Sequence record: PP456877.1
Strand: one strand, 5' to 3'
DNA: 64,000 nucleotides
The number at the start of each line of letters is the position of its first letter. Position 1 is the first letter of the stretch. Positions 1-15,214 of this stretch are shown here, one piece after another. The notes under the pieces were generated by a model. The model saw only the letters and a program-made list of their open reading frames with translations. It searched no databases and was not told the DNA's origin. Position numbers and translations under genes: made by a program.

Positions 1-20
1 CCATTTAAGGAGTAGCGGTA

Positions 21-5351
<5,331 letters not shown>

Positions 5352-5355
5352 ATAT

Positions 5356-5387
5356 AAAGCCCCCTAGGTGGTTCCTAGGGGGCTTTA
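5356..5387 (+). terminator. Intrinsic terminator
   Basis: AAAGCCCCCTAG-gtggttc-CTAGGGGGCTTT hairpin. Confidence 0.85.
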
Positions 5388-5490
5388 TAACGTCTTTTAA
5401 CACATTATCCATATGAGACTATACTTTACAATTGCCGTTCAATACGGCTTTATTATGGCACATTAAAATAAGTACCTTAAAGGGCAGTGT

Positions 5491-7644
5491 ATGGACGTTA
5501 TACTTTTCAATAGTGATTGGGATAAATACTACAGCGCTAGTGTTGATCTTACTACTAAAAATAAATCTTTTATAAAGTTAGCCTTGACTTATAAAAAGAT
5601 GGGTATTAAAAATTACAAATTTATACTAGCTATATTGGACCAAGGTTTAATTGGGGTGGATCCATATGACCCTAATCTTAGCGAAGAAATGAAGTTTCGT
5701 ATTAACATGGAATGCAAATATAATCCTTGGTATTTTTTTAGGGAAGTGGCAAGAATCCCCCCTAACTCGGGTAATAACCCAATTCCATTCCAAGCTAACC
5801 GTGGTAATATTGCTTTATTCTGGTGTTATTTCAATCACGTAGATTTTGGTTTATTACAGCCTCGTCAGACAGGTAAGTCCGTATCAACTGACGTGCTCAA
5901 TACAGGCATGATGTATATCTGGGGTGAGAACACTAAGATTAACCTTATTACTAAAGATAACAAACTACGCAATGCTAACATCGAGCGTCTAAAAGTAATG
6001 CGTGATTTGTTACCAGAGTATATCCACTATACTGATCCATTAGATGCGGATAACTCCGAATTGATGACATGTATTAGATTAGGTAATAGGTATCTAACAG
6101 CTGTTGGTCGAAATGATGTTAACGCAGCTGATAAATTAGGTCGTGGTCTTACAGTACCAAATATGCACTTTGACGAACTTGCATATATTAATTTAATTGG
6201 TGTTTCACTACCTGTTGCACTTGCGTCAGGTTCAGCAGCTCGTGATGAAGCTCGCCGTGAGAACCAGCCTTATGGTAACATCTATACAACTACAGCTGGT
6301 AACATCACTACCCGTGATGGTGAATTTGCATATCACTTCTTAACAGGTGGCTGCCCATGGTCAGAGGAATTCTTTGATCTACCAGATCAGAAAACTCTAC
6401 ATCGTGTTGTAGAAAAAGGCACTACTGGAAAGAAACCTCTAGTTTATGGTGCATTTAACCACCGTCAATTAGGACGTACCGATAAGTGGTTATATAACAC
6501 ACTTCGTGAATCAGGTTCATTCGGTGAAATTGCCGATAGGGACTTCTTCAATATTTGGACAGTTGGTGGTGAAGGTTCACCCTTATCATCAGATGAGAAA
6601 GATAAACTTAAAAACAATATGCGTGAGCCAAGCTGGACAGAAATCACGGATGATGGTTATACACTTCGTTGGTATATACCAAAAGATGAAGTAGCCTCAC
6701 GGATGATGAAGGGTAGGTTCGTTATGGGTACCGACCCATCTGAACTTCTTGGTGAAGATAATGACGCCACTGGCACAGTTGTAGTTGACGTAGAAACACA
6801 TGAGGTTATGTGTGTTGGTAGATACAATGAATCATCAGTGCCATCAATGGGTAATTTCTTTGCAACAATGCTATTGAGATATCCTAATATTCTTTGGATA
6901 CCAGAACGTAAATCAATAGGTATATCGTTAATTGACCATGTTATCTTGATTCTACATACTAAAGGAGTAGATCCATTCCGGCGTATCTTTAACAGAATTG
7001 TCAATGAATCATCAGAAAGAGAAAATGATTTCAGAGACATTCAAACTCCGTTATCAACAAGACAACCATCGTTCTATGATAGGTTTAAACGTTATTTTGG
7101 CTATGCAACGTCAGGTACTGGCGAGTATTCTCGTGATAATCTATTTAAGGTGGCATTACCATCAGCAATGCATTATGGGGTAAGGACCATCTATGATAAA
7201 CCACTTAGCACGGAGTTATTAGCACTTACTATCCGTAATGGTAGAATTGACCATGCTAAGGGGAACCATGATGACTTAGTGGTATCATTATTATTAGCTC
7301 ATTGGTTATTAATACAAGGTAAGAATTTATCTTATTATGGTATCAATGTTCCCATCTTAGGTAAATCAAAATTACGTGATAAAGAACCAAGTCAACTTGA
7401 AAAATATCATGAAGAGAAAGAACAGCAAGGTCGCAAAGAATTTGAAGAGATAATTGAACAGCTTCGCGGTGAAAAGAACCCGATGATTGCAGCTAAATTA
7501 GAAATGCGTTTGAAACAATTGTCTAAACGTGTTAATATTGATGATAGCAGTGGTGTAGGTATTGATGCCATGTTAAATCAAGCTCGTACAGAGCGTACAC
7601 GTAGAGTGCGTATTAACAGATATTCTAGAAATAGTTGGTATTAA
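5491..7644 (+). CDS. terL: Terminase large subunit (phiKZ gp25-like)
   Basis: Walker A PRQTGKS, Walker B MHFDE, nuclease motifs MGTDPS and HDDLVVS; TATG motif ~5411 upstream. Confidence 0.93.
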   Translation: MDVILFNSDWDKYYSASVDLTTKNKSFIKLALTYKKMGIKNYKFILAILDQGLIGVDPYDPNLSEEMKFRINMECKYNPWYFFREVARIPPNSGNNPIPFQANRGNIALFWCYFNHVDFGLLQPRQTGKSVSTDVLNTGMMYIWGENTKINLITKDNKLRNANIERLKVMRDLLPEYIHYTDPLDADNSELMTCIRLGNRYLTAVGRNDVNAADKLGRGLTVPNMHFDELAYINLIGVSLPVALASGSAARDEARRENQPYGNIYTTTAGNITTRDGEFAYHFLTGGCPWSEEFFDLPDQKTLHRVVEKGTTGKKPLVYGAFNHRQLGRTDKWLYNTLRESGSFGEIADRDFFNIWTVGGEGSPLSSDEKDKLKNNMREPSWTEITDDGYTLRWYIPKDEVASRMMKGRFVMGTDPSELLGEDNDATGTVVVDVETHEVMCVGRYNESSVPSMGNFFATMLLRYPNILWIPERKSIGISLIDHVILILHTKGVDPFRRIFNRIVNESSERENDFRDIQTPLSTRQPSFYDRFKRYFGYATSGTGEYSRDNLFKVALPSAMHYGVRTIYDKPLSTELLALTIRNGRIDHAKGNHDDLVVSLLLAHWLLIQGKNLSYYGINVPILGKSKLRDKEPSQLEKYHEEKEQQGRKEFEEIIEQLRGEKNPMIAAKLEMRLKQLSKRVNIDDSSGVGIDAMLNQARTERTRRVRINRYSRNSWY

Positions 7645-7666
7645 ACAAAAAAAAATAATAATACGT

Positions 7667-7691
7667 TACCCTCTTCGCAATGAAGAGGGTA
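7667..7691. terminator. Bidirectional terminator between convergent genes
   Basis: TACCCTCTTC-gcaat-GAAGAGGGTA. Confidence 0.8.
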
Positions 7692-7698
7692 TTTGAAG

Positions 7699-7983
7699 TT
7701 AAGCAACTCTAGCGAACAAAAGATTACTGGAGTTAGAATTAATATGATAGTTAGACGATCCGTCAATCCATTTAGCATCGGAAATCTTGTTTACAAGCTG
7801 ACCATCGCCAATGTAACCTAGGAAAGTTTTATTATCATATACAGCAATTTTGATTAGCTCATTTCGTCCGTAGACTAGTGGCTTACCATTGAATGCTGTT
7901 ACTTCTAAACCAGACATGTATCCATAAATTGGATCAGGTCTGGAACTTGTTTCAAAGACTTTCATTCGAAGTCTCCTCTGCAA
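7699..7983 (-). CDS. Hypothetical protein (start probably at MKVFETSS)
   Basis: ORF track; GAGGAG RBS precedes the internal ATG. Confidence 0.7.
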   Translation of the reverse strand: MQRRLRMKVFETSSRPDPIYGYMSGLEVTAFNGKPLVYGRNELIKIAVYDNKTFLGYIGDGQLVNKISDAKWIDGSSNYHINSNSSNLLFARVA

Positions 7984-8088
7984 GAAAGCCCATTTTGGGC
8001 AAAAATGTCAAGCTTAAACTTGACGACATATAGCCCTCCTGGTGCAACAGGAGGGCTAATCTTTTCAGAACGTACGGTGTTGTTATAA

Positions 8089-8222
8089 TATTACTAGCGA
8101 AAATACCCATGATGGGTAAGTAGCTAATCCGCAGTTCTCTTGGATGATACCTACTGACAGTGTAGTCGCGAATGCGCTGTTTGGAACCCCACTGGTTTAG
8201 CGGCCAGTGGGAATTCCTTTTA
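8089..8222 (+). ncRNA. Candidate small RNA
   Basis: ORF-free interval between two hairpins; TGTTATAAT upstream; ends in CCCACTGG/CCAGTGGG hairpin plus T-run. Confidence 0.3.
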
Positions 8223-8248
8223 TGCCGTCTCGACCTTCTTTACTGAGT

Positions 8249-8464
8249 TTAGGAAAAATTGAAAACGATTTCATTATCATGCCATTCCCAGGTGGCCACA
8301 ATGATAGATTCATCACTCCGCTTCAACAGCTTACCCTGACCAAGTACATGTTGGTCGATCCACGTCAGTGGTCGACCTTCTTGTTCGGCCAATGCATTTA
8401 ATACGGCTCCATAAGTACCAGCCTTATAATTACCATAAGGACCATTATACATTTTCATTGACAT
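8249..8464 (-). CDS. Hypothetical protein
   Basis: ORF track; fits minus-strand operon. Confidence 0.7.
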   Translation of the reverse strand: MSMKMYNGPYGNYKAGTYGAVLNALAEQEGRPLTWIDQHVLGQGKLLKRSDESIIVATWEWHDNEIVFNFS

Positions 8465-8541
8465 GAGTTAATTTCCTTTAACAGCTACAAATGGTCTTGT
8501 TACTGAACTCGAAGATTGAATGCATCTTGTCCATGATGACC

Positions 8542-8877
8542 TCAGATATTTACCATGTTCATGAATTCGGCGTAGTTATAGCCAGTATTCATGTCGAGGT
8601 AGTCTTGTTCGACCATGTCGTCATTCAGGTACTTGACGTAAGCCTCGGCGTGAGCAGTGGCTACCGACTTGGTGAAGAAGTAACGAGCGTGTTGACGGTT
8701 CTGTTCGAATCGACGCAGATTAGTAGTGGCCTGACCGCCGAAACCATTGACCTCCATTACCCCGTAAACAGTACGATCATCCAAAGTAGTGATCTGTGCA
8801 ATCACTACACGAGAAGCATTTTCCGAATGGTCGATGAACGTCATACTGTAAATCTCGATTTCTTTGAAGTCTTCCAT
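8542..8877 (-). CDS. Hypothetical protein
   Basis: ORF track; AGGA RBS. Confidence 0.75.
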   Translation of the reverse strand: MEDFKEIEIYSMTFIDHSENASRVVIAQITTLDDRTVYGVMEVNGFGGQATTNLRRFEQNRQHARYFFTKSVATAHAEAYVKYLNDDMVEQDYLDMNTGYNYAEFMNMVNI

Positions 8878-9023
8878 TAGAATTTCCTGTTAAGAAATGA
8901 ATAGACAATCCCTACCCGAAGGGAGGGGCCTTATATCGTTACTTGCTGTGAAGATTTTTCTCGCGTACAGCGTCTGTTAACTGACGTGGCGGGTTGAGTT
9001 GATCTGACAGGAGCTTCCGGAGG

Positions 9024-9281
9024 TTATCCAGACCGATTACTTTCTTCTTGGATATTGAGATTATTCTCTTTAAGTAATTTGTTGAGGTGGTATTTAACCT
9101 CCACCCATTCTAACCTACCCACGTCAATCCACTTCCGATAACCAGGAGCAGCAGGTTTGAGGACCTGGGTTTTCCAGCGCTGAAATCGGAAGTTGCCGAC
9201 ACGGATATCGGTGCTCTCAACAAAGCGAGGTGGGAGTATACCGAGGTCAGTCAGTATCCCTCGTAGCTTGTTAGAGTTCAT
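9024..9281 (-). CDS. Hypothetical protein
   Basis: ORF track; coupled to upstream ORF. Confidence 0.7.
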   Translation of the reverse strand: MNSNKLRGILTDLGILPPRFVESTDIRVGNFRFQRWKTQVLKPAAPGYRKWIDVGRLEWVEVKYHLNKLLKENNLNIQEESNRSG

Positions 9282-9496
9282 CAGTAAGAACGCCTTGAGT
9301 TTCGAACACCGAAATGATCGATCATTCGTTGGAACAACTTGCCAAACGAGAACTTTTCATACTCGCAGTCGATATGGAGGACATCAACGGTGTCCACCGG
9401 TGGATTATAACTACTGCTCATTGGCCATCTCCTTACGTTTGTTTTTGGCCCAGTTCTTTTCATAATCGGAACGGATGAACTTAGCGCCGGCGGCAT
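9281..9496 (-). CDS. Hypothetical protein (true start likely MSSSYNPP near 9421)
   Basis: ORF track; N-terminal part overlaps upstream gene. Confidence 0.55.
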   Translation of the reverse strand: MPPALSSSVPIMKRTGPKTNVRRWPMSSSYNPPVDTVDVLHIDCEYEKFSFGKLFQRMIDHFGVRNSRRSY

Positions 9497-9749
9497 TTAG
9501 CCAGTAACGCTCCCCTTTGAAATAACGTTCTCGTTTAGCACGGGTCAAGCGAAGAGGATCGAACATATCTTGTTCCTGACACATGAATCGATTACGCAAG
9601 AAGCAGTTATCATTCAGGATTCGAACCGAGTACAGTTGACCAAGCCGGCAGTTAGCCAACTCAGCTTTCTCGGTACGTAGCCGAGTTTCGTATTTCTTTG
9701 CATCTTCGTGATGATTGCGAGGATGTTTCTTTCCAAGTTTCCTAGACAT
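9411..9749 (-). CDS. Basic hypothetical protein
   Basis: ORF track; K/R-rich. Confidence 0.7.
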   Translation of the reverse strand: MSRKLGKKHPRNHHEDAKKYETRLRTEKAELANCRLGQLYSVRILNDNCFLRNRFMCQEQDMFDPLRLTRAKRERYFKGERYWLNAAGAKFIRSDYEKNWAKNKRKEMANEQ

Positions 9750-9760
9750 TATGTTTTTTC

Positions 9761-10066
9761 CTATTCTGTTGTTTTACGAAAAATCTTATCATGGAACGTC
9801 ATTGCCAACACGACGCCTATCGAACCACCTAGACCGCTGGATATGATAGCAGGAAGACCCACTATTACAAATAGTCCAATGGTGGTCAACTCAAGGGTAC
9901 TGATACCCCATGAGGTGAAGAAAGCAGCTTTTTTGTACCCATGAAAGATGTTTCTTTGTTGAAAGGTTTTTACAAAGGCATAGATGAATGATGTAGCTGT
10001 ACTTAACAGTAGTAATATCCAGATAGGTAGATCATGATTAATGTTAATCACTTCTCTTGTTCCCAC
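9761..10066 (-). CDS. Small multi-pass membrane protein
   Basis: Hydrophobic helices; FQQRN and GLGGSIG motifs. Confidence 0.7.
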   Translation of the reverse strand: MGTREVININHDLPIWILLLLSTATSFIYAFVKTFQQRNIFHGYKKAAFFTSWGISTLELTTIGLFVIVGLPAIISSGLGGSIGVVLAMTFHDKIFRKTTE

Positions 10067-10116
10067 ACGGTGGGCTCACATTTAGTATGTTGGACATTAT
10101 GATTATCTTCCAGTTG

Positions 10117-10404
10117 TTAGATATTGTGTTCCTTCGTATCGATGGCCGCCAGTGCCAAGATTTCGACATGATAAGGATGATCCACATTATGGCTGATACA
10201 TGCCTCGCATTTGAAGATACGCCACATTCCATACGAAGGCAGCTCGCGGTTTTTCACATAAACGTAGTCGTGCGCTGCCACGAGGTATTTTTGTTGAATC
10301 GAGAATTCACAAGTGATGTAACCTTTTTCACGGATGAATTCTTGAGTCATCTGATCAAAAGTCTGTTTGAGTTCATCAGTAAGAGCGACTTGGGTTTCGA
10401 ACAT
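10117..10404 (-). CDS. Hypothetical protein
   Basis: ORF track; AAGGA RBS. Confidence 0.7.
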   Translation of the reverse strand: MFETQVALTDELKQTFDQMTQEFIREKGYITCEFSIQQKYLVAAHDYVYVKNRELPSYGMWRIFKCEACISHNVDHPYHVEILALAAIDTKEHNI

Positions 10405-10461
10405 TGAAATATTCCTTTTGATATATTAAATAGTTTTGATTATTTCGGAGTTATTGAATAT

Positions 10462-10680
10462 TTAGGTTACCATCTGCTCTATATAGACTCGGCTGATTTC
10501 ATTTAAGTAAGCGAGTGCCAATAGAATACCAGCCCAAATAACAATTTTTCGAGTAGTCTGTTTTTCTATTACACCTGGGTGTGATTCACGAATACTACGG
10601 TGACAAAATACATAAAACAGACATAGACTCATTGTAACAAAGATAATGGTAAACCATCCCAGATAGATCATTTTCTTCAC
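10462..10680 (-). CDS. Small two-TM membrane protein
   Basis: Two hydrophobic segments. Confidence 0.7.
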   Translation of the reverse strand: MKKMIYLGWFTIIFVTMSLCLFYVFCHRSIRESHPGVIEKQTTRKIVIWAGILLALAYLNEISRVYIEQMVT

Positions 10681-10700
10681 CTATTTTTTATAAATAGAGT

Positions 10701-11030
10701 TTATAGTTTAGTTAGGCGGATGATTTCTTCTAAAGCTGCATCAACTTGATAATACGGCCATGAATCAACACGAGGTTCGTTATCAAAGTATGTCCAAAGT
10801 TGAATACCTTGGAGTTTATTGTAGAATACATTGATTCTGATTCCTTCATGGCCAACAAGACCTTCAATGTAAGCTGCACCATGCACATACGTAACATGTA
10901 GTGCGTACTCGCTATCTTCACCAGCGTATTGCATAGGTCTGGAGTAGATGAAGGAATAAGGATTAAATGGATCAGCCTGAGTGATATGTTCGAAGAATTC
11001 TTTCAAACTAGATTTTTTCATATTGGACAT
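10701..11030 (-). CDS. Hypothetical protein
   Basis: ORF track. Confidence 0.7.
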   Translation of the reverse strand: MSNMKKSSLKEFFEHITQADPFNPYSFIYSRPMQYAGEDSEYALHVTYVHGAAYIEGLVGHEGIRINVFYNKLQGIQLWTYFDNEPRVDSWPYYQVDAALEEIIRLTKL

Positions 11031-11092
11031 TATATTTTCCTCATGATTTATTAAGTATACCTCCTAGAAGATAGACTTAATACTATTCGATG

Positions 11093-11485
11093 TTATTTTA
11101 AGACACCTGCCTTGTAACCTTTAACAACAGTTCTAGCTTCTAATGCACTGATTTCGCCAATGTGTTTACGCAGTGCTTTAATAGCGTTGATGGTAGGTTC
11201 ATTATCCGCGATATGTCGCCAGTTTCCCTTACCCTTAATGAGTTCAACATCCTGGACATATAGACCATCTTTAACTAGATCCATTGTTTCTACCAACTTT
11301 TCGACTTCTTTAGTTAGATGCGTATGAAGACTGGCGAGGGACATGTCAGTCATTTGATGCACATTATAGAGAAAATCCCTATTATCAGAAGACGATAAAA
11401 TTTCTTTGGTGAGTTTATTTACAGTGTCAATGTTTGCTGCAATTGAAACTAGCAGTGCGGCATATTTCTCTGCATTATAATTCAT
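11093..11485 (-). CDS. Hypothetical protein (C-terminus resembles a ribosomal L7/L12-type helical motif)
   Basis: INAIKALRKHIGEISALEARTVV pattern; weak. Confidence 0.6.
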   Translation of the reverse strand: MNYNAEKYAALLVSIAANIDTVNKLTKEILSSSDNRDFLYNVHQMTDMSLASLHTHLTKEVEKLVETMDLVKDGLYVQDVELIKGKGNWRHIADNEPTINAIKALRKHIGEISALEARTVVKGYKAGVLK

Positions 11486-11513
11486 TAATACGTATTCCTA
11501 TTTAAAATTGGAT

Positions 11514-11657
11514 TTAGTGTAATGCGGTAATACTGCGAATATCTAATTCATGTAAATCATATTTCTTTAGGAACTCATTCACCGCTTGCTGAATGGTGTA
11601 CCCACTCGGAGATTCCCACTGAGTACCATTAAAAGCAATAATACGATAACCTACCAT
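11514..11657 (-). CDS. Small ORF missing from track (47 aa, MVGYRIIAFNG...)
   Basis: Translated by hand; GAGGA RBS; fills gap in operon. Confidence 0.6.
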   Translation of the reverse strand: MVGYRIIAFNGTQWESPSGYTIQQAVNEFLKKYDLHELDIRSITALH

Positions 11658-11713
11658 TTTTTATTCCTCTAATCACAAAATAAATACCCTCCCGAAGGAG
11701 GGTATTTATATCG

Positions 11714-12193
11714 TTACCAATTGATTACAGCGACAAACTCAAATACCCGACACAATTCTTTATCACGATGGGCATGATGAAAAGATTTACCTTCAATACC
11801 GCAATACGGATAAAACAATTTTCGGTGTTCCGTGTCGCCGAACCAGAAGGTGGTGTTATTGGAATCAACCACACCATGGATAGCCACATCACGAATGTAC
11901 TGAAATACATGAACTGCCTTATCAGTGATCACTCGCAGTTCTACACCGTGTTCCTTCATCATAGCCAGGATGTCTTCCTTGGTGTAATCTGCTTGTTCAG
12001 CATTGGTCATGATCTTGTGAGTCAGAGAACGCTTTTCCTTGTCACCGAAACAGATACAGACCAATTGCACCAACTGACCTTCTACCTTGAGACCACTGGT
12101 CGGTTTTAGTAGAACGAACTCATCATATTTGTAATCATTGGTGACAATCAGTGCCGACTTATTGCGAGTGACAATACCTAAGCTATACGACAT
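11714..12193 (-). CDS. Hypothetical protein
   Basis: ORF track. Confidence 0.7.
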   Translation of the reverse strand: MSYSLGIVTRNKSALIVTNDYKYDEFVLLKPTSGLKVEGQLVQLVCICFGDKEKRSLTHKIMTNAEQADYTKEDILAMMKEHGVELRVITDKAVHVFQYIRDVAIHGVVDSNNTTFWFGDTEHRKLFYPYCGIEGKSFHHAHRDKELCRVFEFVAVINW

Positions 12194-12277
12194 AATTAAT
12201 TTTCCTCATTTTAGAATATGTTGAACCTTGTGGATGTCTTACAGATTACTGTTAAGGCCAGAAGCTATGTCATAGTG

Positions 12278-12724
12278 CTACTGATTTACACGTTTTTGGT
12301 ATCCCACCATGTAACTTTTATTGAGGTAGCCCTTGATATTACAATCTACCTCCAGTTCATCTGCTGGGAAACCACTACGGATACGTCTACGAATAGCCAG
12401 TAAGATGGATTCAGATTCTTCTGGATCGAACAGATCTACGCCAAAGGTAGTCCAACTATTACCTATTTTGTGCTGATATTCCAGACGTACGGTAGTGCCA
12501 TCCGGTGCGATGAACCAACGTTCGTACTCAGATACGACCATATGACAACCACACTGCCACAAAGTACCTAGTGGATCTTTAGAAGCAAGGATACGTTTGG
12601 TATCATTCTCATCTTGCGATTTCGAATCAGGGCTGGAACAGAGATGGGATAGTAGAAACAGAAGCGATGCTTCGGTGCTATGAGTACACAGCATTGCGCG
12701 GGTGAGGTTTGCATTGATGATCAT
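12278..12724 (-). CDS. Hypothetical protein
   Basis: ORF track; AAAAAGGAAAATACAAATG initiation region. Confidence 0.75.
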   Translation of the reverse strand: MIINANLTRAMLCTHSTEASLLFLLSHLCSSPDSKSQDENDTKRILASKDPLGTLWQCGCHMVVSEYERWFIAPDGTTVRLEYQHKIGNSWTTFGVDLFDPEESESILLAIRRRIRSGFPADELEVDCNIKGYLNKSYMVGYQKRVNQ

Positions 12725-12824
12725 TTGTATTTTCCTTTTTACAGTTTATGAATCTATTGCTAAATAAAAAAATAAGATACAGAAAATAAAAGGGAGTCCG
12801 AAGACTCCCATTATTGCGTGTAAT

Positions 12825-13937
12825 CTATTTGACAATAACCGCTTTAGAAAGAGTTTCCATACTTCCAATAACTAATTTGGATTTCTCTTCTTCAGGGTTC
12901 TCCATAGCTTCATGCAGGAGTTCACCGATGGTTTTGGGTTGAATGTCATCACTGATTTCACGCGAGCAGGCCGCGTCGTCATACATGTCAAACATATTCA
13001 GATCATCATCGTCCAGTGGTGTGCTGTCATTCCATGAATAGCTTGATTCATCTGAGATATAATCAGACCCACTATACTGTTCACGGAGGTCACGGTCCAG
13101 TTCCTCCTCATACATCTTATCCATTTCTTTTTCCTCCATTTCTTGTGCTTTACGGCGTGAAGTTTTGTAAAACGGTAGTAGACGTTGCAGGACTTTATGG
13201 AACTTCTTCTTGCTGATCAACCAACTGATGGAGTAATGGGTTAATTGTACTTCAGCAGCCTTAATGGTCGGATCAGAATACATCGCCGCAATCAGTTTCT
13301 CTAGGTCATAAAGATGGTCTTTTACTGGATCAGCATAAGCTGGATGTTCTTGAAGTGCGAACATTACGAATGTACGCATATCAGTAATAAAGTACTGGTT
13401 GTGATGTTTGTTAATTTCAGCGTAATTTATATCAGTGTAATGATAGTAGACAGATTCTTCCTCACGGGTCAAACTACGGATTTTGGTAGGGCGCGGTCCT
13501 TCCATCCAGTATACAGACGGATGTTTCACACGGGTATTCCAACCATGGGCATGATCGCACGTGGTGGATTCTTCTTTGAACCAAGTGAAGTTACCTTTAC
13601 CACGTTCGAGGATCTTTTTACACCAGCTAATATTGATTGACTTGTTACGATCTTCAGTCAGATCACAGGGTTGATCCAGAACAGCGACATAGCTGTCATG
13701 ACCATTAGCCACGATACCAAGAACGGTAGCTTCGAATGTCTCGTAGCGCTGACCGGGATACACACGTTCATTTTCGTTCAGGAAACGAAGAGAGCAGGAC
13801 TCGAAGATTGCACGGGTGCCAGCAGGGAAATGAGCGCGACCGAAGGGGCTCTCGGCTTTACGTTCCTTGCGACGTTCAATGACCCATTCCAGTTTTTCTT
13901 TGGTCAGACGGGTGACGGGTTCGCGATATTGTTTCAT
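12825..13937 (-). CDS. Early protein with acidic tail; probable phiKZ gp14 homologue (ribosome-associating factor)
   Basis: 370 aa from MKQYREP with strong RBS; assigned by counting genes between DHFR (gp4) and terminase (gp25). Confidence 0.5.
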   Translation of the reverse strand: MKQYREPVTRLTKEKLEWVIERRKERKAESPFGRAHFPAGTRAIFESCSLRFLNENERVYPGQRYETFEATVLGIVANGHDSYVAVLDQPCDLTEDRNKSINISWCKKILERGKGNFTWFKEESTTCDHAHGWNTRVKHPSVYWMEGPRPTKIRSLTREEESVYYHYTDINYAEINKHHNQYFITDMRTFVMFALQEHPAYADPVKDHLYDLEKLIAAMYSDPTIKAAEVQLTHYSISWLISKKKFHKVLQRLLPFYKTSRRKAQEMEEKEMDKMYEEELDRDLREQYSGSDYISDESSYSWNDSTPLDDDDLNMFDMYDDAACSREISDDIQPKTIGELLHEAMENPEEEKSKLVIGSMETLSKAVIVK

Positions 13938-14034
13938 TTGTATTTTCCTTTTTACATTTGGGTTTAATTGAGTACATCTCAATGCATCCTTTTCAAGACA
14001 CATTGAGATGGGGTCTCTTCGGAGACCCCATCTA

Positions 14035-14637
14035 TTATTCCTGGGTCAATTCCCCAAGACGACCTTCAGCTTTCATACGACGGATCTCTGAAATGGACTT
14101 ACCATACTTTGCCGCAAGTTCCTTGACAGTACCTTCCGGAGCAGGTTTACCCATGTCGCGGAAGTTTTGCTTAGCGATGTCGTAGCGTTGTGCCTGAAGA
14201 GTCTTCAACTCAGAACGAACCAAAGCATTACCAAGGAATTGAGAGAGAATTGGCATCACGAAAGATTTCATCTTATCGCGGTACATGTTGACCCATGCAC
14301 AGTATTCATCTACGTGAATGGATGCGTACTCAGCTACTTTAGTATATTCTAAAAAGCCAACAGCATACGGGCCTTGATCAACATAGACCATCTTGTTGAA
14401 AAGAGCTATGCCAATGATCGAGGAGCGCTCTGCTTTTATGAAGGCTAGAGTATCTTCGATGATAATCTTTTCCAGGTCCTTGTACTTAACAGGGTCGTTA
14501 TTGATCAATGCCAACATGGCATCAACCTTTACAGTCAACTTCATGTCTTCATTACGACAATAGACCAGTTTATTGGTCTGTTCTTGGGTGAACACATGGT
14601 CCACGTTTTGGAAGACTTTCGACAGACGACTATCCAT
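14035..14637 (-). CDS. Protein with C-terminal helix-turn-helix
   Basis: TVKELAAKYGKSISEIRRMKAEG at C-terminus. Confidence 0.6.
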   Translation of the reverse strand: MDSRLSKVFQNVDHVFTQEQTNKLVYCRNEDMKLTVKVDAMLALINNDPVKYKDLEKIIIEDTLAFIKAERSSIIGIALFNKMVYVDQGPYAVGFLEYTKVAEYASIHVDEYCAWVNMYRDKMKSFVMPILSQFLGNALVRSELKTLQAQRYDIAKQNFRDMGKPAPEGTVKELAAKYGKSISEIRRMKAEGRLGELTQE

Positions 14638-14814
14638 TTATTTATCCTCATTTACAGTGAATGCAAACATAGTACATTTCGGCTTAGCGGGATGCTGACA
14701 CCATTTCTCTGAAACTTTACCTTCAGGCTTAGTGAGTCCGTAATAGAACTCACCAACTGCCATCGAGAAGCCGATCAGAATTGCAAGAAAACCTACCACT
14801 ATTTTGGTTTTCAC
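14638..14814 (-). CDS. Small membrane-anchored protein missing from track (58 aa)
   Basis: GTG start overlapping upstream stop; MKTKIVVGFLAILIGFSMAVG...WCQHPAKPKC. Confidence 0.6.
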   Translation of the reverse strand: MKTKIVVGFLAILIGFSMAVGEFYYGLTKPEGKVSEKWCQHPAKPKCTMFAFTVNEDK

Positions 14815-15209
14815 TTAGCGATGATCCGTTGTACGAAATGTTGGAGATTTGCAACCAGCCGATTGAACTCTTCCTCGGTCAGCTGATCACGATGAGATTC
14901 CAGAAGTACTTCTACCTCTGGAATGACGTTGAGTGAGATATCCAATTGGATCTGCGAGATGAATTCTGCGACATCCAATCCGATATCACGCCTGAGCCGA
15001 TTCACCAGCTCGCGATGTTGCTCACTGTTACGGTATTCGGTGATCTTATCGATCAGGATGTCCGAGATACTGTTTTCGATCTGTTGTACTTCGGTCGGGC
15101 CTTCCTCTTTGTAAGTTGCCTTTACTGCCAGAATAGCTGCTACTGCGGTAGAGGTAACAGCAACTACAATGAGACCGAGTCCCAGTGCATTTTCTTTAAT
15201 GAAGTTCAT
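14811..15209 (-). CDS. Membrane-anchored helical protein
   Basis: N-terminal hydrophobic segment. Confidence 0.75.
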   Translation of the reverse strand: MNFIKENALGLGLIVVAVTSTAVAAILAVKATYKEEGPTEVQQIENSISDILIDKITEYRNSEQHRELVNRLRRDIGLDVAEFISQIQLDISLNVIPEVEVLLESHRDQLTEEEFNRLVANLQHFVQRIIAK

Positions 15210-15214
15210 GATTA

